A stretch of DNA of 38,126 bases from a virus (taxonomy: Duplodnaviria; Caudoviricetes): positions 1 to 38,126 of IMG/VR virus record IMGVR_UViG_3300020045_002341. One strand, 5' to 3'. How positions within the stretch are numbered: the first letter of the stretch is position 1; each line of letters opens with the position of its first letter. Position numbers and translations under genes: made by a program. This document shows positions 9,166 through 18,913 of the stretch, one piece after another. The notes below the pieces were generated by a model. That model searched no databases, had not been told where the DNA came from, and saw only the letters and a list, made by a program, of their open reading frames with translations.

Positions 9166-12100
9166 AGAGTATACGGATGAACAAAGCCGTGTTTACACTA
9201 ACTATTTTGCAAATGTAATTGACGAGAGAAAACACTCTATAACATTAGAGCTAAATTATAACGTTCTTATCGGTGGTTCTGTTGTTGTTGAAAAAGACGA
9301 AAATCATTTGTTTTTGCCAATTGGTCAAACTTGGGAATCTTACGGAATTGTTGAGGGTTGCACGATTACAGGAACTTACGGGGGGAATACTATTCCAGCA
9401 TTAACAACGGTAACATTTTGCGAGGACAGAACATTAGTGTTGAGTAGTGTGTTACCGGGTGCAAATGCTAACTATTCAACAGGAGAACTTTTCTTTGATA
9501 TTACACCCGAATCTATAGAGTTCTTTTTTAACTACGTTCCAAGTTCAGAAGTTGGAAATGAATTTTCTTTGATAGATGGAAATCCAAATAAGTATGTTGC
9601 AGATGGTGTTGATGCATTAACAATAGGTGGACCAATACTTGTAATGAGCCAATTGGGTAATACTTCGGGTGGCTGGAATAATACTCCCTATATTTTTAGA
9701 ATTGCTGATTCATCGGTTGGTAGAAAAAGATACGTTGTAGAATTTTCGGATAGACAACCATATTTCTTGAATGGTGAATTATTTGAATATGGCGATTGTG
9801 TAAAGCCGTGGTATAAATTCTCATTTCTATCTCAAACATCAAACCCATCAATTAGAATTTCCACAATAAGCTACGCATCACTTGGAAACACAGGTTTTTT
9901 TGGTGAATCTTTTAATGGCAACCAACCTAACTACTATGCTAGTGGTGTAATTGATGGTGTTTATGAAGTAGCAAGTACAACGCTTACTGTTTCCACGGAT
10001 GTAGTTTCAGTTGTAGATTACGTTGAAGATACTGATTTTATAGTTCGTGTTGATGGTAAATTTGATGCTACTTCTAAATTTGGAATTGCATTTTTTAGAG
10101 TTCCAAATCCTGATGAATATCAAAATCTAACATCACAAATAAGTTTTAACGCTAGTACTTGTATTGAAGATAATTTAATTGTTGGTGTTAATCCTGATAT
10201 AATTGGCTTACTAAATAGTTCAGGTGCATCGGTAAATATTACAAATGTACTTATACAACAGTTTGGTACATACGCATTGATTAAAGGTACAATTGAACCG
10301 CAACCATTATTTACGTCTTACATTTCGGACGTAGCGAATTATTCAAAATTATACAGATTAGCAGTTAAGGTTGAAGATTGGGAGCTTACAGGAGATTCAA
10401 TTAAGCCAGTTTGGTTGACAGCTTCTTACGGTGAATTGCAGAAATACATTCCGCCATTAGGCGCGTGGTTAGATGCTTTTGGCTACACTTTAACCGACCA
10501 TAAAGGAGATACAACACCGTTTGTGAGTGGAACGTATGGATTTGTTCCAGAATATTTAATAACCGAGGACAACGTTAATTTACAACTAAAACTACGTGTA
10601 CCGCGTCCAAGCACTCAAATAGCGCAAGGACGAACATACACAGGAGTTACAGTATCGGTTGTTGCAAAGCACGTAGTATTTGGAACAACATTTAAATTTG
10701 AATCTTTTGATTTACCTTTTGGAGCGGAATTAGGTGACGATACATTGTTATTTGACAACACAATAGGTAGAGGTTTTAAATATCCCGCAACTTCGCCAAA
10801 TAATGTAATTACAACTGGTCGCTCATTGCCTGAGGATAATGTAGATTCATTCGGCGTATTTATCGACTACGGAATTTTAATGAATTGGAAATACTGGGAG
10901 CAACAATTGAACGCAGCTATTGATTTTTATCCTAATCAAGACAAAGATTGGTTTCATTATCAAAGTGGTTTTTGGGTGCTAGATATGATGTTTGAATTGC
11001 AAACAACGGATGGTGCTTATGTTAATTTCGTTTCTTTGGAACATACGACATACGACGATTCTGACGTAGTTTCAACGATTGAGTTTTTCAAAGAAGATTT
11101 AACGCCAATTACAAAACCGTTGTTAGGTGAGAAATGTATAGTTAGAGCAACGCACGCAGCACCATTTGGTGACCCTTGGGAATCGGATGTTTGGGGAGAA
11201 ATAACGGTTGAGCCATTTGAAAATAGTCCAAGATGGTTATCTTCTAGCCTTTACGACGACAATATAGGCGGTGGAAATCCTTTGCTTTCAATGCCTTTAA
11301 ACACAAAGTTAAAGCGTACTTTGTCGGGTGATTTAGCTATATTTGAAACGGTTTTTGATGCTTCATTAATCAACACTTTAAATGGTATATCATTTACTAG
11401 CCGCGTTCAAGGAACTTCAAGAAAAGGTTTAGACGCTCAAAAATATTGGAATAGAACAAAAGTTTCAACGGAACTTGTTAAACCGCCACAAACATTCGCG
11501 AGTGACGATAGAAGTTTAAATGATTGTTGTGAGAAAAGGAAAGTTGTAGGTGATACAACAGACACGGATTCGTATAAAAATGACGTTACAAGCCATGTAA
11601 TAAGTGGTGAAAGTGTTACATTTAATCTATTTGACCACAACGGAGATACTGGTTTTGTAATTGCTTCACAACCATTCGCACAACAAGCTAATATCTTCTA
11701 TTGTACGTTGAATTGGCGAAATATACTTTCATTATACGGTGCTGGATGCTATCAATTACGCGCAACGGTTAACTATGCGGGATTAAATGAAGTAGTTGTA
11801 ATAGAATCATTTGATTTGATACATTATAGTGCAGAAGCGTGTGCGAATGATGTACGCATAATGAGTATTTTCAACAATGAAGATGTTCGAAACGGCATTA
11901 AATACAATGGAACAAATGTTTTAGATTCTATTCGTGTAAATGGTCAATTCGGATATTCGCAAGACAATCTAAATATTAGAAACTTCACAAAAACAGATTT
12001 CGAGCAAACCGCAATAACACGACAAGCAAGAGAAACTTATGAAATTAGAACGTCACAATTGACCGATAAATTCATTAAGATTCTAAGCTACCATTTGCAA

Positions 12101-12502
12101 CATGAAAGTTTTTGTTTGATTAGTGATTATTGTTTTGATAATCCACGTTACGACCTAAAAGATAAAGGTGTAATCGTTGTTGAAACACCTACTAAGGTTT
12201 ATTCAGAAACAGGAAGTAGAACAATTTCGTTAACGTGTAAATTCGAAGAAAAGATAATTGATAATATTTCTACATATTCAAACGATAACCCGCAAGCTTC
12301 ACCAATTGAAGTAGTATTTCAAAATAGCGGTTTTGCGACAGTTCAGAATACAGATGAAAGTTTTATAGTTACCTTTGATGCTTCAACGCCTTATGTTATA
12401 CCCGATTCGACGTATAACATATTTGTTGATGGTGTTTTAGATTCGTCGGGAACATTTATTTCTTTAGAGCCAGTTACAAACTTTAATATAACAGCAATAT
12501 AA
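9143..12502 (+). CDS. Large tail/baseplate structural protein
   Basis: 1119 aa beta-rich acidic protein in distal tail module. Confidence 0.6.
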   Translation: MGLIVIDKEYTDEQSRVYTNYFANVIDERKHSITLELNYNVLIGGSVVVEKDENHLFLPIGQTWESYGIVEGCTITGTYGGNTIPALTTVTFCEDRTLVLSSVLPGANANYSTGELFFDITPESIEFFFNYVPSSEVGNEFSLIDGNPNKYVADGVDALTIGGPILVMSQLGNTSGGWNNTPYIFRIADSSVGRKRYVVEFSDRQPYFLNGELFEYGDCVKPWYKFSFLSQTSNPSIRISTISYASLGNTGFFGESFNGNQPNYYASGVIDGVYEVASTTLTVSTDVVSVVDYVEDTDFIVRVDGKFDATSKFGIAFFRVPNPDEYQNLTSQISFNASTCIEDNLIVGVNPDIIGLLNSSGASVNITNVLIQQFGTYALIKGTIEPQPLFTSYISDVANYSKLYRLAVKVEDWELTGDSIKPVWLTASYGELQKYIPPLGAWLDAFGYTLTDHKGDTTPFVSGTYGFVPEYLITEDNVNLQLKLRVPRPSTQIAQGRTYTGVTVSVVAKHVVFGTTFKFESFDLPFGAELGDDTLLFDNTIGRGFKYPATSPNNVITTGRSLPEDNVDSFGVFIDYGILMNWKYWEQQLNAAIDFYPNQDKDWFHYQSGFWVLDMMFELQTTDGAYVNFVSLEHTTYDDSDVVSTIEFFKEDLTPITKPLLGEKCIVRATHAAPFGDPWESDVWGEITVEPFENSPRWLSSSLYDDNIGGGNPLLSMPLNTKLKRTLSGDLAIFETVFDASLINTLNGISFTSRVQGTSRKGLDAQKYWNRTKVSTELVKPPQTFASDDRSLNDCCEKRKVVGDTTDTDSYKNDVTSHVISGESVTFNLFDHNGDTGFVIASQPFAQQANIFYCTLNWRNILSLYGAGCYQLRATVNYAGLNEVVVIESFDLIHYSAEACANDVRIMSIFNNEDVRNGIKYNGTNVLDSIRVNGQFGYSQDNLNIRNFTKTDFEQTAITRQARETYEIRTSQLTDKFIKILSYHLQHESFCLISDYCFDNPRYDLKDKGVIVVETPTKVYSETGSRTISLTCKFEEKIIDNISTYSNDNPQASPIEVVFQNSGFATVQNTDESFIVTFDASTPYVIPDSTYNIFVDGVLDSSGTFISLEPVTNFNITAI

Positions 12503-13926
12503 TGAGTACAATAAACATAAATTTAACGGGTGTTGCGCCAATTGGAGATATATTCTACAACGGCGACGGAACAATAACAACTAACAGGATAGTTGACTGT
12601 GATAACAACACACTATCCTTTGAAAATGGAACGGTATTTATTTTTGAAGCGACGAACGCACCAACGGGCGGGGATGCTTCATTTAATATCAACGGCTATG
12701 GTACAACGTCAAGCGATGTAATTGAACGCGTTACAAACGGTGCTGCAACTACGATTTACGAATTACTAGGTGACGGTCAATTTTCTTATGGTGCTTCTGA
12801 CCCGTCATATTTAGGTAGTATTACTTCTTCTATTGGCGGATTGTATGTTAATAGCGCAACAACGGGTATTCGTTCAATTGGTGTAAGCGTAGGTGTGCAA
12901 GGTGAGGGAAATGTAGCAGTTTACGGAATAGGCACTTCAATCGGTGTTCAAGGTAGTGGAGTTTACGGTGGTTACTTTCAATCTCCATTAGCCGAATCTA
13001 CTGCTAACCGCGCTGTTATGGCATTAGGTGGCGCGTATATTGAGAGTTTCGGGGTTAACGGAACACCTGAAACATCGGCTATTTTAGAAGCGCGTTCGAC
13101 AACCAAGGGCGCGTTAATGCCACGAATGACCGAATCGGAAATGAACGCTATCACATCACCCGCAATAGGTCTTGAGGTGTTCAATACTACACGCGAGGAA
13201 AAGATGGTGTACACTACGGATTTTGGGTGGCATCCATGCGGTGAAATTAGACCGTATTGGGGTATGTATAACTATGAAAAGGTACAACCTACTCAAAATG
13301 GTGCGTTTGCTGTTTATAACAGTGTATCGGGTGGTACGAGTGGTTCAGCTTTATTAAACGCTTCAATTTCTCCACAAAGAGTTAGTGCTTTTTCAACGGC
13401 AACAAGCGCAACAGGGGAATACAGAAGAAATACAGGCTCGTTTTTCTTAGGCGCAACAGGAATTAAACAATACAAAACAGCGGTTTCATTTGACACATTA
13501 AGCGATGCAACGAATAGATACGTTGCTTTAGTCGGAATGTTTGGTTTTACAAATGGTTTAGGCGCAACGGGTGGATATGGATTCTGTTATGATGAGGGCG
13601 GAGTTTTCGCTTCGGCAACAGCTTCACCAAATTGGCTATGTATTTCTCGTGCTGCGGGTGCTTACACGGTTGTTGATAGTCTCATTCCCGTAACAACGAC
13701 AGCTAGTGGTGCAATGCAAGACCTAGAAGTGCGTGACGATGGAACGGGAGCTCATATTGAATTTTTTATTAACGGTACATCAGTTGGAGTCATTACAACT
13801 AATATCCCACCGAACACTCAAGCGATTGGAGTAGGTGAAAAGATAGCTAAGCAAGCGGGTACAACAGCACGTTTAATGTACGTTGATTATAGCGAATACA
13901 AAGAAAAATTTAATACAGCGAGATAA
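12502..13926 (+). CDS. Tail fibre/receptor-binding protein
   Basis: Gly/Thr/Ser-rich; SAILEARSTTKGALMPRMT motif typical of Bacteroidota fibre/surface proteins; beta-sandwich-like C-terminus. Confidence 0.7.
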   Translation: MSTININLTGVAPIGDIFYNGDGTITTNRIVDCDNNTLSFENGTVFIFEATNAPTGGDASFNINGYGTTSSDVIERVTNGAATTIYELLGDGQFSYGASDPSYLGSITSSIGGLYVNSATTGIRSIGVSVGVQGEGNVAVYGIGTSIGVQGSGVYGGYFQSPLAESTANRAVMALGGAYIESFGVNGTPETSAILEARSTTKGALMPRMTESEMNAITSPAIGLEVFNTTREEKMVYTTDFGWHPCGEIRPYWGMYNYEKVQPTQNGAFAVYNSVSGGTSGSALLNASISPQRVSAFSTATSATGEYRRNTGSFFLGATGIKQYKTAVSFDTLSDATNRYVALVGMFGFTNGLGATGGYGFCYDEGGVFASATASPNWLCISRAAGAYTVVDSLIPVTTTASGAMQDLEVRDDGTGAHIEFFINGTSVGVITTNIPPNTQAIGVGEKIAKQAGTTARLMYVDYSEYKEKFNTAR

Positions 13927-13950
13927 TTTTACACCTTTAAATAAAAAAAA

Positions 13951-14397
13951 ATGATTAGAACAACGAAAAAAGTAATGATTGACAGCCAATTAGGCGAATA
14001 CGATTTTGTCTATTTACAATGTGCTAACCCTTATTTCGACGATGAAAAAGACTTAGTTCAAGTTGATGTAAGTCAATCGGTAATTAAAGAGAGAGAAGTT
14101 AACGGAGTAATGAAAAGTTACTTCCATAAAATTAAAGGATATAAAGCATACTTCAAGCGTTCTACTTGGGATAGCCAATTTGGCGGTGTATCAAAAACAA
14201 ATTATGACACGCTATTTATTAGCACTATCGCACTTGTAAATGATCGTGAATTAAACAACACTTGGACGGGTCAAGAATTACAACGTATATCTTACTGGGC
14301 AAAACCAATGACTTTTAACGGTGAAACATTAGGGGGAATAACAGCTAGTGACTTGGAAATTGTAACACCTGAAATTTTAGCAACTTTAAACCTTTAA
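13951..14397 (+). CDS. Hypothetical protein (possible fibre chaperone)
   Basis: 148 aa after fibre gene. Confidence 0.5.
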   Translation: MIRTTKKVMIDSQLGEYDFVYLQCANPYFDDEKDLVQVDVSQSVIKEREVNGVMKSYFHKIKGYKAYFKRSTWDSQFGGVSKTNYDTLFISTIALVNDRELNNTWTGQELQRISYWAKPMTFNGETLGGITASDLEIVTPEILATLNL

Positions 14398-14400
14398 AAA

Positions 14401-14709
14401 ATGAAAGTATCTATTTCAGATGAAATAAGCCAATTCACAGGTGGAACGGTAATATTTAACGGTTTAGAGTATTTAGACACCACGGGACGAAACAATATAA
14501 CAATTCAAACAATTGGAAGTGGTGGAGGTTTAGCAACTATTTATTTTTCAAATGATTTAGATACTGATTTTCTTTTATACGACGATTTATCTACTAATTA
14601 CGATACTTCAAAATCAATTGATATTCGTCAATTTAATTATTTGTTTATGAAAATAGTAGTTAATAGCGGTGGTGATGGCACGGTTAAATTTAAAATAGTT
14701 CAACAATGA
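14401..14709 (+). CDS. Hypothetical beta-rich structural protein
   Basis: 102 aa ORF in tail region. Confidence 0.5.
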   Translation: MKVSISDEISQFTGGTVIFNGLEYLDTTGRNNITIQTIGSGGGLATIYFSNDLDTDFLLYDDLSTNYDTSKSIDIRQFNYLFMKIVVNSGGDGTVKFKIVQQ

Positions 14710-15215
14710 GTGATATAATTTATATTGGCTATGATTCTGTTACTAATATAGTAAACAGTTCAACTGGTTGGGCAAGTTATGTAGATACAGCCTATACAAG
14801 CGGTTCGCCTTTTTCTGTTTTAGCGGGTGTTACCGCTGCTTTACCTAATAATGCTGGGAATATAATTGATTCACAAAAACCATTGGATGTGCCTACTTTT
14901 TATGATGGTACATCTATCACGGGAAGAAATGGAGATTCATTAGATTTGCAAATATATTTCCGATGTTTGCCCGCCAATATAAATGGTGAATTAGACATTT
15001 GGATTGATATAGGCGGTTCGGTTGGGGTTTTATATTTGCAAACTTTTTTCTTTCGTGCAGCTAGTGAAAAAGGTATAATGTATGCTTTACCAAGTGCTTA
15101 CACGCTAAACACATGGCAAACTAACGGGGGGCGGGTTTATGTTAAACCTAGTGTTAACATGACGTTTTGGGGAATGAATTATAACTTTGACAGAACGCAC
15201 AAATCCACATTATAA
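14706..15215 (+). CDS. Hypothetical structural protein
   Basis: 169 aa beta-rich ORF overlapping the previous gene. Confidence 0.5.
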   Translation: MSDIIYIGYDSVTNIVNSSTGWASYVDTAYTSGSPFSVLAGVTAALPNNAGNIIDSQKPLDVPTFYDGTSITGRNGDSLDLQIYFRCLPANINGELDIWIDIGGSVGVLYLQTFFFRAASEKGIMYALPSAYTLNTWQTNGGRVYVKPSVNMTFWGMNYNFDRTHKSTL

Positions 15216-15247
15216 AAAAAATTGTAACTTTATAAAAAATAAATGAT

Positions 15248-15385
15248 ATGCCAGCAGTAAAAATTGTAACAGTTATCTTAGACGACAACACTACATTACA
15301 GTACGAATTTGACGAAAATCCAGACGTTGCAACTGTTGATTCGGCAATGGATGGAATTGGTGGACGACCTAAAGACCGCGACTAA
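15248..15385 (+). CDS. 45-aa peptide ending GIGGRPKDRD (not in ORF track)
   Basis: MPAVKIVTVILDDNTTLQYEFDENPDVATVDSAMDGIGGRPKDRD; TAATG coupling to next gene; TAACTTTA promoter-like box at 15225. Confidence 0.7.
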   Translation: MPAVKIVTVILDDNTTLQYEFDENPDVATVDSAMDGIGGRPKDRD

Positions 15386-15708
15386 TGAAATCAAAGCACT
15401 ATCGAATACTAATGTTTGGCTTAATAACATGGATATTATGCAACAATCTATGGCTCTTCTTTGGTGCTAAAACTTATTACATTGGCACTGCATTGATTAT
15501 CCTTTGTAGTGCCTATATTTTAAACGACATAACCACTATTGCAAAAAGAAAAATTATAACCTTGTTTTTCTTATTCGCTTCTTTTAATAACCTTGTAGAT
15601 GAACTATTTTTAGACCCTACAAAGTTTCAATTGAATGAATACCTAACAGCAATACTATACCTAACCTACCTAACATGGAAAAATTTGAAGAGTTCGCGCA
15701 ATGGCTAA
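15385..15708 (+). CDS. Small multi-pass membrane protein
   Basis: 107 aa, about 4 hydrophobic segments, NNLVDELF polar motif. Confidence 0.7.
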   Translation: MKSKHYRILMFGLITWILCNNLWLFFGAKTYYIGTALIILCSAYILNDITTIAKRKIITLFFLFASFNNLVDELFLDPTKFQLNEYLTAILYLTYLTWKNLKSSRNG

Positions 15709-15989
15709 AAATAATAGGTCTTGAATTAGGCTTACTTGTTGCGGGATTATTCGGAGCAATTGTATCAATGCCAAAAGAAAAAGAATTAAAATTTATGGGG
15801 CGCGTTATTTGGGTAATTTCAGGCTCAATGATCGCAAACTATTTAACACCTATTTTTAGCGCATGGTTAAACATGGGTGACAACACTAAATATGGTGCTG
15901 GATTTTTACTTGGGTACTTGGGTATTAAATCCGTTGAATTAGCAATAGTAAGAATAAAAGATAAATTCAAAAGCAATGAGAATAATTAG
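15675..15989 (+). CDS. Putative holin
   Basis: 104 aa, about 3 TM segments, basic C-terminus, upstream of endolysin. Confidence 0.65.
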   Translation: MEKFEEFAQWLKIIGLELGLLVAGLFGAIVSMPKEKELKFMGRVIWVISGSMIANYLTPIFSAWLNMGDNTKYGAGFLLGYLGIKSVELAIVRIKDKFKSNENN

Positions 15990-16188
15990 AAAAATTAGAG
16001 CGAAAACACCGCAAAGAGATAAAGCAATTGGTAAGATTTCAACAGTAATTGGAACAACGTGCGCTACTATATTAGCTTTAGGACTAGTAGTTAACCCTGT
16101 TGGATTGGTTGCACTAACAGTTGGTAGTGTTATATTCGGCGGAAAGGCATTATTTCACGCTACAAAAACAGTCGAAGATGTTAGATAA
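15976..16188 (+). CDS. Small membrane protein of lysis cassette
   Basis: 70 aa, basic N-terminus (IRAKTP), two TM segments. Confidence 0.55.
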   Translation: MRIIRKIRAKTPQRDKAIGKISTVIGTTCATILALGLVVNPVGLVALTVGSVIFGGKALFHATKTVEDVR

Positions 16189-16726
16189 GTTACAAGATTT
16201 CGACGTTCTATTTTGCTACGGTGACGGGTTGTTATCTAAAGCAATTAAAACGGTTACACAATCGGACTTTAGTCACGCTGCACACTTTCGATTAATCAAC
16301 GGTAAAGCGTTTGTTGTTGATGCACAAAAGAACGGATTAACAGCACGACCATTTGAAGAGTGGCAAGACGAATTTAAATACACGTTTATAGTAATGCGTG
16401 AACCGAACTTGACGGCTTTAACAATTGAGAATTACGCAACGCGTGAATTTGACTTGTTAGGAACGCGCTATGACTTTGAAAGCCTAACTATTCGACAACC
16501 GCGAAAGATAGTAATTGAAGCGTTGAATAAATTACGTAAAAAGAAAAATGATTCTTGGAACGAAAAGAGCGATGCTAATGAACTTAAACGCTTGTATTGT
16601 AGTGAGCATATAGCAACTGTACGAAACTTCGTAGAAAAGCAGTTAACACCGAAAGAATTACTATTTGAGTGCATAGCAAGAGGTTATACAAAAACATGGA
16701 AATATGAATACACAGGAAGCAATTAA
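16178..16726 (+). CDS. Permuted papain-like amidase (YiiX/YaeF-type NlpC/P60)
   Basis: DVLF...SHAA (His) precedes YDF...LYCSE (Cys), the permuted catalytic order. Confidence 0.75.
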   Translation: MLDKLQDFDVLFCYGDGLLSKAIKTVTQSDFSHAAHFRLINGKAFVVDAQKNGLTARPFEEWQDEFKYTFIVMREPNLTALTIENYATREFDLLGTRYDFESLTIRQPRKIVIEALNKLRKKKNDSWNEKSDANELKRLYCSEHIATVRNFVEKQLTPKELLFECIARGYTKTWKYEYTGSN

Positions 16727-17162
16727 ACGATTTGGACAACCAAACGAAGCAGGAACTTATTTAACGACTATTGATTTACCCTATCCTATGCGTATTGCGT
16801 GGGACGTAAATACAACTGTTAAAAAAATGCGATGTCATAAATTAGTAGCTGAAAACTTTAAGGCTGTATTTACTGAATTGTTAGAGGTTTACGGTTATGA
16901 AAAAATCAAAGAATTAGGAATTGATTTATTCGGTGGATGCTTTAACTTTAGAAAGATGCGAGGCGGAAATAGTTATTCAATGCACGCATGGGGTATTGCA
17001 GTTGATTTAGACCCAGCACGAAACAAGCTAAAGGAAACAAAAGCTACAGCACGATTTGCAAGACCTGAATATAAGCCAATGATTGATATTTTTTATAAGC
17101 ATGGATTCATTTCTTTGGGTGTAGAGAAGAATTATGATTTCATGCATTTTCAGATTAAATAG
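16704..17162 (+). CDS. Endolysin, M15 family Zn peptidase
   Basis: [10 protein letters not shown] and DFMHFQ motifs. Confidence 0.88.
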   Translation: MNTQEAIKRFGQPNEAGTYLTTIDLPYPMRIAWDVNTTVKKMRCHKLVAENFKAVFTELLEVYGYEKIKELGIDLFGGCFNFRKMRGGNSYSMHAWGIAVDLDPARNKLKETKATARFARPEYKPMIDIFYKHGFISLGVEKNYDFMHFQIK

Positions 17163-17207
17163 TTGAACAACGCGCGAAAGGCATCATAGGATAGTTGTTA
17201 CTATGTT

Positions 17208-17237
17208 AACCGATTGATTAATTCAGTCGGTTTTTTT
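17208..17237 (+). terminator. Intrinsic terminator after lysis genes
   Basis: AACCGATTGA-TTAAT-TCAGTCGGTT plus T tract. Confidence 0.8.
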
Positions 17238-17239
17238 GT

Positions 17240-17473
17240 TTAAAACGGTGTGTCTAAATGTTCTTCAATCGGTAAGTTATAATCAACATCAACTGTAATA
17301 GCCTGCAATTGTCTAAATGATTTACGTTGAGAGCCTAAAATATAACCTTTATCTTTCCATTTAGCGCATTTTAATACACCAAAATACCGAACACCACTTT
17401 CAAATGGCATTCGATATAATTCTTTTTTATGCCAAATGTATTTTTTGTTGGCGTAATAAAACCCTTTATTCAT
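17240..17473 (-). CDS. Hypothetical basic protein
   Basis: 77 aa ORF with A-rich upstream region. Confidence 0.65.
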   Translation of the reverse strand: MNKGFYYANKKYIWHKKELYRMPFESGVRYFGVLKCAKWKDKGYILGSQRKSFRQLQAITVDVDYNLPIEEHLDTPF

Positions 17474-17509
17474 AACGTTTTTACATTTTATATTGCTCTT
17501 AGCGATTAG

Positions 17510-18466
17510 TTATAGCCAATGATTAGAAACTGCAAACGCAAGAAAATTCATCTTCTAATTCCAATCTTCCTGTTCTTGGTAATTCGGCTAATTTTACCAA
17601 GTCATCTATTGATTTGTAATCTCTGAAAGAAACTGAATTATATTTCTTTTCCTCATTTCTAAACCAATCAATAAAACGAGTTCCGTAAATTATATTATTT
17701 ATTAAATTTTCATCTGATTTTTTCCAACACAATTCGCAATTGCCTAAACTTCCATGAATTGACAATTTAAAAGGTTGCTTATTCCAAAAATCGTTTAATT
17801 CTCTTTGAGATATTGGCATATAAAAATCAGTTAACAAAGGAAATATTCTTTGCTTTTCTTCTTTAATTTCCGCCCACGATATACGTTTAGGCATATCTTC
17901 TTTTCTGTAACCAATTGATTTTTTATAATTGTTTACACCAAAAACATCATCACAAAATTTCTTTGCTGGAGTAGTTTTTAAATTTTCAGAACAATAAGGA
18001 GCGTCAGGGTTCGGCATACCATCAAAAACACCTTTATTTTTATGCTCAATCATTTTAGAAAATGGCAAAGCATTCATATTCATCGTTTCAAAATCAACTA
18101 ATTTATAAGTAACACCTACATTCATTTCGTTAGAATAAACACCCTCAATTATGTTTAAATTAATTTTCCAATGCTTTACAATGTTTTTTAAAAAATCAAT
18201 CGTTTCTGGTCGTTCCATTCCTGTATTACAAAAAACAAAAACTTTATTATAGTGCTTATACTTTTCAGCGTGCAAAATATGATAAGCCATAAATGCAGAA
18301 CTACGACCACCCGAAACCGTAACCATTAAATTATCACTGGCTATAACACCAGTTTTGCAAGATTGCTGGGTTTGTTTTTCGTTTGAAATATTTTCTTTCA
18401 TTGTAATTTTATTTTTCGTTAGACATTTATTTTTAATAGTCGCAACCTCGCAAAGCTGAGGGAACG
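17510..18466. mobile_element. Integron-cassette-like unit C carrying PAPS-reductase-family gene
   Basis: GTTATAGCCAATGAT (17509) complementary 14/15 to ATCACTGGCTATAAC (18333-18347); attC-like hairpin 18344-18469. Confidence 0.7.
17523..18401 (-). CDS. PAPS reductase/DndC-like PP-loop protein (start likely 18401)
   Basis: VSGGRSS PP-loop, FCNTGMERPET, C-x3-LK, GNCELCWKK and terminal CVC. Confidence 0.85.
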   Translation of the reverse strand: MKENISNEKQTQQSCKTGVIASDNLMVTVSGGRSSAFMAYHILHAEKYKHYNKVFVFCNTGMERPETIDFLKNIVKHWKINLNIIEGVYSNEMNVGVTYKLVDFETMNMNALPFSKMIEHKNKGVFDGMPNPDAPYCSENLKTTPAKKFCDDVFGVNNYKKSIGYRKEDMPKRISWAEIKEEKQRIFPLLTDFYMPISQRELNDFWNKQPFKLSIHGSLGNCELCWKKSDENLINNIIYGTRFIDWFRNEEKKYNSVSFRDYKSIDDLVKLAELPRTGRLELEDEFSCVCSF

Positions 18467-18472
18467 TTAACA

Positions 18473-18480
18473 CAAAGATA
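18473..18480 (-). promoter_or_regulatory. Bacteroidota -7 promoter box, leftward
   Basis: TATCTTTG on minus strand, next to cassette C junction. Confidence 0.6.
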
Positions 18481-18505
18481 TGTAATAATATGTAAAAATA
18501 CGAAT

Positions 18506-18584
18506 ACCACTCATCACACATATTTACCGTTTATCATATTTTGTTTAAAAGTGCTTGCAATTGTTTAAAAGTGTTGTACATTTG
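18506..18584 (+). promoter_or_regulatory. Double-box promoter copy 2 (main rightward early promoter)
   Basis: ACCACTCATCAC (18506), ACCGTTTATCAT (18526), TTG at 18555, TACATTTG at 18577. Confidence 0.7.
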
Positions 18585-18607
18585 TAAGGTAATCAAAAAC
18601 GAAAAAC

Positions 18608-18910
18608 ATGAAAAAATCACTTTTAATATTATCCCTACTATCAACAACAGTAAACGCTCAAAAATTACCAGTTGACAAAGTAGCGCACTTGGGAGTAGGT
18701 TTTATATCTTCAAGCATGACAACGGCTATACTAACTCGATACGATGTTAAACGTCCAGCGTTAATCGGTTTCGGTGTTGGATTTGCACTAGGAGTAGGGA
18801 AAGAAATAGCAGACATCTACACGGGAGGAAATCCTGAGTTTAAAGATGCGTGTGCTACTATATTAGGTTCGGCACTTGGATGTTTTACAATTAAAATAGC
18901 AATTAAATAA
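18608..18910 (+). CDS. YfiM/DUF2279/VanZ-like membrane protein with signal peptide
   Basis: DKVAH...GKEIAD...D motif, N-terminal signal peptide. Confidence 0.65.
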   Translation: MKKSLLILSLLSTTVNAQKLPVDKVAHLGVGFISSSMTTAILTRYDVKRPALIGFGVGFALGVGKEIADIYTGGNPEFKDACATILGSALGCFTIKIAIK

Positions 18911-18913
18911 ATT

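Noticed and set aside
294-16674. Minus-strand and nested ORFs within structural genes (e.g. 294-539, 3839-4324, 4673-4972, 12978-13214)
   Set aside because: Shadow frames of long well-supported genes
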